IMG/VR virus record: IMGVR_UViG_2531839180_000003
Coordinates: 1-21,890 of that record
DNA from: a virus
Lineage: Duplodnaviria; Heunggongvirae; Uroviricota; Caudoviricetes
DNA: 21,890 nt
Direction: 5' to 3' (one strand)
In this document: positions 16,635 through 21,890 of the stretch, piece by piece
Position numbering within the stretch: position 1 is the first letter of the stretch
Layout of the letters: each line of letters begins with the position of its first letter
Made by a program: the position numbers and the translations under genes
Notes under the pieces: generated by a model
The model's input: the letters and a program-made list of their open reading frames with translations, nothing else
What the model was told of the DNA's origin: nothing
The model's database searches: none

Positions 16635-16994
16635 TTAAGCCTCCATGCTGTTGTTATTGCCAATACGAATAGAACCATCTGCCGTTAGTCGCTTGATTGC
16701 TTCTTTCAGGGAGGCGGCATCTTTGGCGCGGAGGTTGAACGTGTTCATATATGCCAATCTGTCAACCACAACGATTGTCTTATTGTCGCCTGCGGAGACA
16801 TCTACCAGACAGATCAGAGGGGAGCCCTCGACAGCCTGATCGAACAATTCGTAGGTTTCAGCATTGAATACATCGCCACAGAATAGATCCGCTGGGACAG
16901 TGGCCCCTTTGATCTCGGTGCGGGAGAAGAGGTCGGAGGCGCTGTTAACCAGCACATCTGACATTCGTTTAGGGAACGACTCAGAAGTACGCAT
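16635..16994 (-). CDS. putative head decoration protein (lambda gpD-like position)
   Basis: 119 aa from the internal ATG at 16994 with AAGGAAA Shine-Dalgarno; the track N-terminal extension is low complexity. Sits immediately upstream of the gpE-like gene with a 2-nt gap. Similarity to gpD itself is not evident by eye. Confidence 0.45.
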   Translation of the reverse strand: MRTSESFPKRMSDVLVNSASDLFSRTEIKGATVPADLFCGDVFNAETYELFDQAVEGSPLICLVDVSAGDNKTIVVVDRLAYMNTFNLRAKDAASLKEAIKRLTADGSIRIGNNNSMEA

Positions 16995-18300
16995 AAAGGT
17001 TTTCCTTATGGAGGGTTTTAGACGTGGAGAGAGTCCACAGGGTGATCCGGTGCAACGCCGGATATAAGGACCGCCACAGAGGACAATCCGAATGATTGGA
17101 AGATGGGAGGCCGTGGATTGAATAGAAGAGGGCGGCATCATGCCGCCCTTTCTAATCTGGCTCTCTCTCACCCTCGCAGGGTGGGGGGAGGTGTAAACCT
17201 CTTTTTAGTGGTCACTCACCCGCCAGCGTCACGGGAGCAACCGCCAGCCAATGGGCAAATAACCACAAAAAAGAACCCGGAAGGAGACACCGGGATGAAG
17301 GCAATGTAACTTACTGTCTGATCACTTGTTTTCCTGTGTAGCCTCAGAGCCTTACATTATTTGCTTTCATGGTTCAGCAAAGAAGCCACAGAGGAAAACG
17401 GACGCCTGAAATACGCCCGGAAACCATCGAAGAAAATCAATAGTTTATCGTTGCAACTGGGGAACCACCCCGGCCCAACTGTGGACCCCGTGGAGGGTCG
17501 CTACAATCGAGGAGATCGCTTGTATTCTGAAGGGCCGCAGTTAGCGACGCTTTAGAATAGGGTCTGTGGCGCAAGCCCTATGATTAGAGGCGTTTTGAAT
17601 CATAGGAGTGTCATCAACTGGCGGAACTTGAGGAGTGGACCGCACACAAAGCATTCTGGCAAGTGGAGTTGAAAGAACGCTTTGGGTGAGGGCCGGGGCG
17701 GGGGAGAAGTCCGCCCGGCTCACTCAGTACAGACCCACAGGGGCTGGCTAAAGCACATGTTAATGAAAGTTCTGTACAGGTGTGAGGCGGTAAGCTGCAA
17801 AACGGCGATTTCGACATCCTCACCACATCACACACCATGAATACTATGTTATCACAAATGAGAATTATTATCAACAAGTATTAATTGCATTCCTCTTTTA
17901 TTTGTGGTCTTGCGTGGCTTCCCCACATATTGGGAAGAGAGGCAAATCAATTTTTATTAACTGGCGGGTAGGTTGTGGGTTTACATGTTGGCACTTTTGA
18001 CAACAAACCATGTAGCCCAAAAGGCACACAAGAGTATATAACTACATAAAACCTCGCTACGCTCGCCCTCCGGGCTACGGTTTTATTGATCTTATATTAT
18101 AACTTCATTCAATAACTAATTGTTTACACAATTAATTATTTCATTCGTTATAATGTGTTCTTGAAACCTTCCCGCCCTTCCGGGCTTACCAGGTTTTAGG
18201 CCGTTGGCCTGTTTTCCACAGTGTGGAGGCTCGCCTGTGTGGCTCACTCCAGGCAGGGACCCCGGAAATATTTTCCGGCCTGGGGTGTATCAATTTGAAA

Positions 18301-18346
18301 CAGGGGGGTGTGTCAGAATGACACAGGGGTGTGTCAAAATGGCACA
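18301..18346. repeat. tandem pair of dyad-symmetric sites (operator or iteron candidate)
   Basis: CAGGGGGGTGTGTCAGAATGACAC (18301-18324) and CAGGGGTGTGTCAAAATGGCACAC (18325-18346). Each contains GTGTCA-N3-TGACAC-like dyad symmetry. Flanking direct repeat ATAAGACTAA at 18349-18358 and 18374-18383. Confidence 0.55.
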
Positions 18347-18761
18347 CAATAAGACTAATTATAAAACTAACCCATAAGACTAACACCCAGGGCCAGGTCA
18401 AGACCTTTAAGGGAGTGTTGGGAAATCGTAGATTGATTGGTAAGAGACTGATCTCTTTAAGCGTCCTACAGACGCGCCTCTTTGGCAGCGCTCGCACCAG
18501 CGAGCAAGACCCCTTTGGAACACCGCACGATGTAAGGTGACCTCTGGGCGGCGGGGTGGCGGGCCCCCGGCCCGGTACACAGTGCCGCACAGCGTACAGA
18601 ACCACAAGCAGCAGAAGCCCCTAAACGCGCCGCTGTGGCGCTCTCTCATACGTAGAAAAGGAAACACCCTATAAACGCCCTCCGGCGCTCTGAGAGCCTT
18701 ACAGGGGGGCTGTGCATTTAGCACAATAAACAACCGAATGCAAGCGAATGCAAAAATATTC

Positions 18762-18790
18762 TTGCATTTTCATGTAAAATGGTGTAAAAT
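18762..18790 (+). promoter_or_regulatory. sigma70-like promoter with ATGCAA/TTGCAT repeats for the rightward operon
   Basis: -35 TTGCAT at 18762-18767, 17-nt spacer, -10 TAAAAT at 18785-18790. Direct repeats AATGCAA at 18737-18743 and 18747-18753 with inverted copy TTGCATT at 18762-18768. Confidence 0.45.
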
Positions 18791-18864
18791 AGATACCGTG
18801 ATGAGGTGGGTGGTTTGATATAAAAATCCCCATCATAATATAACGCACCTAACCGGAGAATGCA

Positions 18865-19290
18865 ATGAGTATTTACCTTGATGTTGAAAAAATGGTTGAA
18901 CGTATCGATCAGCGTGATTTGAGTCGTTCAACTCTTCAGGGACAACGTAGCCGATTCAAAGCCGCCGGGCGTACCGCTGAAGTGGAAGCAATCGGCAAGG
19001 CTCTGGAGATGACCAAATCCAGCGCCTCCGGCGTCCTCCGCCAGTCTCAGCGCCTTGCCACCAAAATTACAGAGATGGACGCAGAGAAAGCATTAGAGCT
19101 TAAAGCAACCGTTGCGCTGTTCGCTTCCAAGTCTACGGATCTGCAAGCCTCTATTGTGCTGGCTTTCCAATCCTTCTTTGAGGTTAAAGGTGTAACCCTG
19201 GACCACGATGAGGTGATGGCCCTGTTAATGTTGAAAGCATCAGCGGATTTTGAGGACATGACAGGCGAGCTACCAATTATTGTACATTAA
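18865..19290 (+). CDS. hypothetical protein
   Basis: 141-aa ORF with GGAGA Shine-Dalgarno. First gene downstream of the promoter at 18762-18790. Confidence 0.5.
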   Translation: MSIYLDVEKMVERIDQRDLSRSTLQGQRSRFKAAGRTAEVEAIGKALEMTKSSASGVLRQSQRLATKITEMDAEKALELKATVALFASKSTDLQASIVLAFQSFFEVKGVTLDHDEVMALLMLKASADFEDMTGELPIIVH

Positions 19291-19317
19291 TCAGTAACTT
19301 AATTTGGGAGGGTAACA

Positions 19318-19578
19318 ATGAATCACGTTTATACAGACTTGTCGGAATCCCGCCTGTTGTCTGGATATGCAAGCCAGATTGTGGAAGCTATCCAAAATGA
19401 TGAGTCTGCCCCGCACCTTTACGACGACATCCGCGAAATGCTCCAGCAGGTTAGCCCCTCTGGCATGATTACCATCGGTAACCCGGGAATTGTCGCCCCG
19501 GCGTCATGGTGGGGTGATTGGTTCGGCCTGGACCTCAGTGCTGAGGACATCGCAGAACTACAGGAGGTTGAATTATGA
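19318..19578 (+). CDS. hypothetical protein
   Basis: 86-aa ORF with a strong GGGAGGG Shine-Dalgarno. Stop overlaps the next start as ATGA. Confidence 0.5.
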   Translation: MNHVYTDLSESRLLSGYASQIVEAIQNDESAPHLYDDIREMLQQVSPSGMITIGNPGIVAPASWWGDWFGLDLSAEDIAELQEVEL

Positions 19579-19880
19579 ACGGTCTAACTATCCCGTTTGA
19601 ACATTTCCAGACCAACAAGATCGCCGGGGTAAATTTCACTGCTGTGATGAAACTGGTTTATTTCTTTCTTGATGCCAATAAGAACCAAGACGGCGTTATT
19701 CATATTTCCCAAACGGATCTTGCCGATATGGTCGGTGTCACTCGCGCAACAATAGGGAAGGTGATTAATAGTCTAAAAGAAATGGGCTTGTTGGTGAAAT
19801 CTGAACAGGTAGCGGGCAATGACATCCTGAATTACAAGACATTGCCTATTCGTCAATATGGGCGTGGTTACAGCAAATAA
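19575..19880 (+). CDS. winged-helix DNA-binding protein (paralog of 20044..20700)
   Basis: 101 aa with GGAGG Shine-Dalgarno. HTH-like segment ISQTDLADMVGVTRATIGKVINSLKEMGLL. Aligns with the N-terminal half of the 20044 product (shared FT..MK..Y, G.I, R.T, EMGL..K.EQV.G..LNY). Confidence 0.55.
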   Translation: MNGLTIPFEHFQTNKIAGVNFTAVMKLVYFFLDANKNQDGVIHISQTDLADMVGVTRATIGKVINSLKEMGLLVKSEQVAGNDILNYKTLPIRQYGRGYSK

Positions 19881-19889
19881 GGGGGTTTT

Positions 19890-20060
19890 ATGAAAATCGA
19901 CTTCCCGAAAGAACAAGCCGATCAGTTATATGCACTGGTAAGGGCGGGCGGTGGCGCTCCCCATACCATCGTTAAACAGGCGTTAGCCGCCTACCTTGAA
20001 AACCACCCTCTTTTAGTCGCTTCCGCAGAAGGAAAACAGCAAGATGACCACAGCAAGTAA
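19890..20060 (+). CDS. small ribbon-helix-helix-like protein (not in ORF track, under 60 aa)
   Basis: 56-aa ORF. ATG at 19890 preceded by AAGGGGG. MKIDFPKEQADQLYALV... has a strand-helix-helix pattern. Its 3' end overlaps the 20044 start. Confidence 0.4.
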   Translation: MKIDFPKEQADQLYALVRAGGGAPHTIVKQALAAYLENHPLLVASAEGKQQDDHSK

Positions 20061-20700
20061 CGGATTTGTAATGTTGGAAAATGGCCTCCTCAACCTGGGG
20101 AAGGTCGCCGGGAAAACTTTCACCGGGAACATGAAAATCACTTACAGCCTGATCCAAGGCTTTGAGAAAAACGGGCAGATCGCCTACTTCTCTCACTCGC
20201 ATCTTCAAACCCAGCTTGGAGCGAGCCGATCCACAGTGATCCGTATGTTGTCGGATATGGTGGAAATGGGCCTGATTAACAAAACCGAGCAGGTGAACGG
20301 CGGGACGCTGAATTACACAGTTAACCCGATCACCCCGGAAATGGTGGGAACCCCTGAAGCCGCCAAACCTGAAGCAACCAAACCAACCGCAGCACCCCAA
20401 CCCGTGGAGACCGTAGAGAATGCAGGAAGTAACCAGCCTGGAATTGTTAAGTGTGGATCTGACAGCGTACATAGAAGCCGCCCGGCGTCGCCTGGAGCTT
20501 CTCCTGTGGACCACAGCGGGGGCGCTGTTCGTCCCGCTCCTGTCCCTGTACCAGTAGAGCAGGGGGCCGCAAACGATGATTTACGCAACCTTGTTATTAA
20601 TTTTGTGGCTGGCTCTAATGTGTTGATGGTCAACGGCTTGCCTGTTGAATATTTGGAGCCAGAAGAAAGCGCCATTGATCAGTTTGGAGATGCCTTCTAA
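20044..20700 (+). CDS. winged-helix DNA-binding protein with Pro/Ala-rich linker and C-terminal domain
   Basis: 218 aa with GGAAA Shine-Dalgarno. N-terminal domain paralogous to 19575..19880. Low-complexity linker PEAAKPEATKPTAAPQP...PAPVPVPV. Confidence 0.55.
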   Translation: MTTASNGFVMLENGLLNLGKVAGKTFTGNMKITYSLIQGFEKNGQIAYFSHSHLQTQLGASRSTVIRMLSDMVEMGLINKTEQVNGGTLNYTVNPITPEMVGTPEAAKPEATKPTAAPQPVETVENAGSNQPGIVKCGSDSVHRSRPASPGASPVDHSGGAVRPAPVPVPVEQGAANDDLRNLVINFVAGSNVLMVNGLPVEYLEPEESAIDQFGDAF

Positions 20701-20777
20701 AAATCCTGAAATTGATTTCCCACAAATAACACTCTACACCAAACACCCGCCGTTTACAACCCTTTGGAGAGTCTCGC

Positions 20778-21344
20778 ATGAATAACTTTATCACTACTAA
20801 ATTCAACGCCTTAACCTCTGAAGAGGAAGCCGCAGTAAATGCACTGGCGGAGAAATTAGCAGCAAACAAGCCCCGTCGGATTATGGATGAGAGCCATTTA
20901 ACCCCGGATCAAATCCTGAAGATCAAGCGGGCCTGTATTCAGGGCCACAGCGCTAAAGCCATCATCGCGGCCTTTAACGTTTCGTTGGCCTATGTGCTGA
21001 GAGTAAAGCGCTCCCACAACCCTATGAAGTACCAGAAGACCCCGCTCACCTTGCCAGAAAAGGCAGTGTTGGCCCAGCAGATGGACGCCGATAATTTGAG
21101 CGTGGATAAAATGGCGGAACTTCTGGGGATCAACAGTAAGATGGTTTCCCTACTTCTTACCCAACCTTCACCCCGTTACCTGGTGGAGCAAATGCTCCCT
21201 TATGACCAAGTTTTACAGAACCTCCGCAGCGCCCGCTACGTGGAAAGCCCTGTATACAAAAAAGGGACGAGTATGCGCCGTGTGCGACTGATCGTTTCTG
21301 AAGCTCGTCAGCAGGCCCGCCAGGTAATCATTAAATCCCGGTAA
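20778..21344 (+). CDS. hypothetical protein with two HTH-like segments
   Basis: 188 aa with GGAGAG Shine-Dalgarno. HTH-like segments HSAKAIIAAFNVSLAYVLRV and LSVDKMAELLGINSKMVSLL. Confidence 0.5.
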   Translation: MNNFITTKFNALTSEEEAAVNALAEKLAANKPRRIMDESHLTPDQILKIKRACIQGHSAKAIIAAFNVSLAYVLRVKRSHNPMKYQKTPLTLPEKAVLAQQMDADNLSVDKMAELLGINSKMVSLLLTQPSPRYLVEQMLPYDQVLQNLRSARYVESPVYKKGTSMRRVRLIVSEARQQARQVIIKSR

Positions 21345-21346
21345 TT

Positions 21347-21529
21347 ATGTCCAACCCAACGGAATGGGACCTAAAGGATTACTTAGGTTCCAAACTGGTT
21401 AAGCGTCAGACAAGACTCTCTAACTTTCTCGCCTCCCTCCTCTATATCCCCTTTAAGCCCGCCTCCCTCTTCCTGTGGGGTGTGGTACTCACTTTACTTA
21501 TAAGGACTCTCTCAAATGCACCCCTTTGA
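21347..21529 (+). CDS. hypothetical small protein with hydrophobic C-terminal segment
   Basis: 60-aa ORF starting 2 nt after the previous stop. Weak Shine-Dalgarno. C-terminal LFLWGVVLTLLI stretch. Confidence 0.3.
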   Translation: MSNPTEWDLKDYLGSKLVKRQTRLSNFLASLLYIPFKPASLFLWGVVLTLLIRTLSNAPL

Positions 21530-21890
21530 ACTACTGAAACGCCAACTTGACGAAATGGCGAAATCCCGCCAGGTAGAGCAGGCCCAAGAGGAAGCCGCCG
21601 CCCGTGAACTCCGCAAGGCACAGGCCGATCTGTCACTGGATGAGGCTATCGCTCTGTACGTTACACAGTTGGAAGCCTCCACAGAGGCCGCAGACAGCGT
21701 CCAGAGGGGCCGCGCCATTAAGAGCCGGGGAATTGCTCTGTGTCACAAGGATCAGGGCTACAGCGCCAACGGTCGCCCGGTCTCTCTCCTGATCAAATCC
21801 GCAGACCTGCCAGCAGGTCACCGCCGGGTAATCATCAACAAGGCAGCAGGGCGCACCCTGAAGGCTATCAATCTAGAAGGGGCTGAATAA
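21516..21890 (+). CDS. hypothetical protein
   Basis: 124-aa ORF with AAGGA upstream. Stop codon is the last three bases of the window. Confidence 0.45.
   Translation: MHPFELLKRQLDEMAKSRQVEQAQEEAAARELRKAQADLSLDEAIALYVTQLEASTEAADSVQRGRAIKSRGIALCHKDQGYSANGRPVSLLIKSADLPAGHRRVIINKAAGRTLKAINLEGAE

Larger units (their letters stand above)
15322..17170 (-). mobile_element. lambdoid prophage head-module remnant (D/E-like genes only)
   Basis: A gpE-family capsid gene and an upstream small gene sit on the minus strand without the flanking portal, terminase or tail genes. They are bounded by non-coding DNA on the right and the AT-rich int/ATPase segment on the left. Confidence 0.4.

Noticed and set aside
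16099-16638. 179-aa plus-strand ORF
   Set aside because: Antisense to the gpE-like capsid gene, which has motif and ribosome-binding-site support.
16995-17171. N-terminal extension of the decoration-like ORF
   Set aside because: Cys/Arg/Pro-rich junk composition. A good Shine-Dalgarno precedes the internal ATG at 16994.
17103-17877. Short ORFs in the gene-poor stretch (17103..17309, 17361..17555, 17541..17723, 17614..17877)
   Set aside because: No ribosome-binding sites, mutually overlapping, non-protein-like composition. Treated as non-coding or decayed sequence.
20313-20675. 120-aa minus-strand ORF
   Set aside because: Antisense to the 20044..20700 gene and translates its Pro/Ala-rich linker in reverse.
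1-21890. CRISPR array, rRNA or transposase/IS element
   Set aside because: No regularly spaced repeat-spacer array, no rRNA-like sequence, and no ORF with transposase features was seen.

Overview
Mosaic mobile-DNA region, most plausibly from an enterobacterial chromosome (inferred from the P4-type iteron and an SSB ending in ...IPF). All calls are by eye from the sequence and ORF track; no searches were run. The left ~11.5 kb (363-11547) is one plus-strand block: a P4 alpha-family replication helicase, an iteron origin with nine exact TGTTCACC octamers, an SSB, one embedded AT-rich minus-strand gene, then a full HK97-type head and packaging set (major capsid, protease, portal, gp6 connector, HNH, TerS, TerL). 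No tail or lysis genes are present, so this looks like a capsid-forming phage satellite (P4-like / cf-PICI-like). A palindrome-rich non-coding stretch (11560-12368) precedes a tyrosine integrase and an AT-rich stand-alone ABC-type ATPase with an unassigned C-terminal domain; this ATPase is the best candidate for an undescribed defence function. To the right lie minus-strand lambda D/E-like head gene remnants, a ~1.7 kb gene-poor stretch with hairpins and dyad repeats, and a plus-strand operon of small DNA-binding proteins. No tRNA, rRNA, CRISPR array or transposase was recognised.
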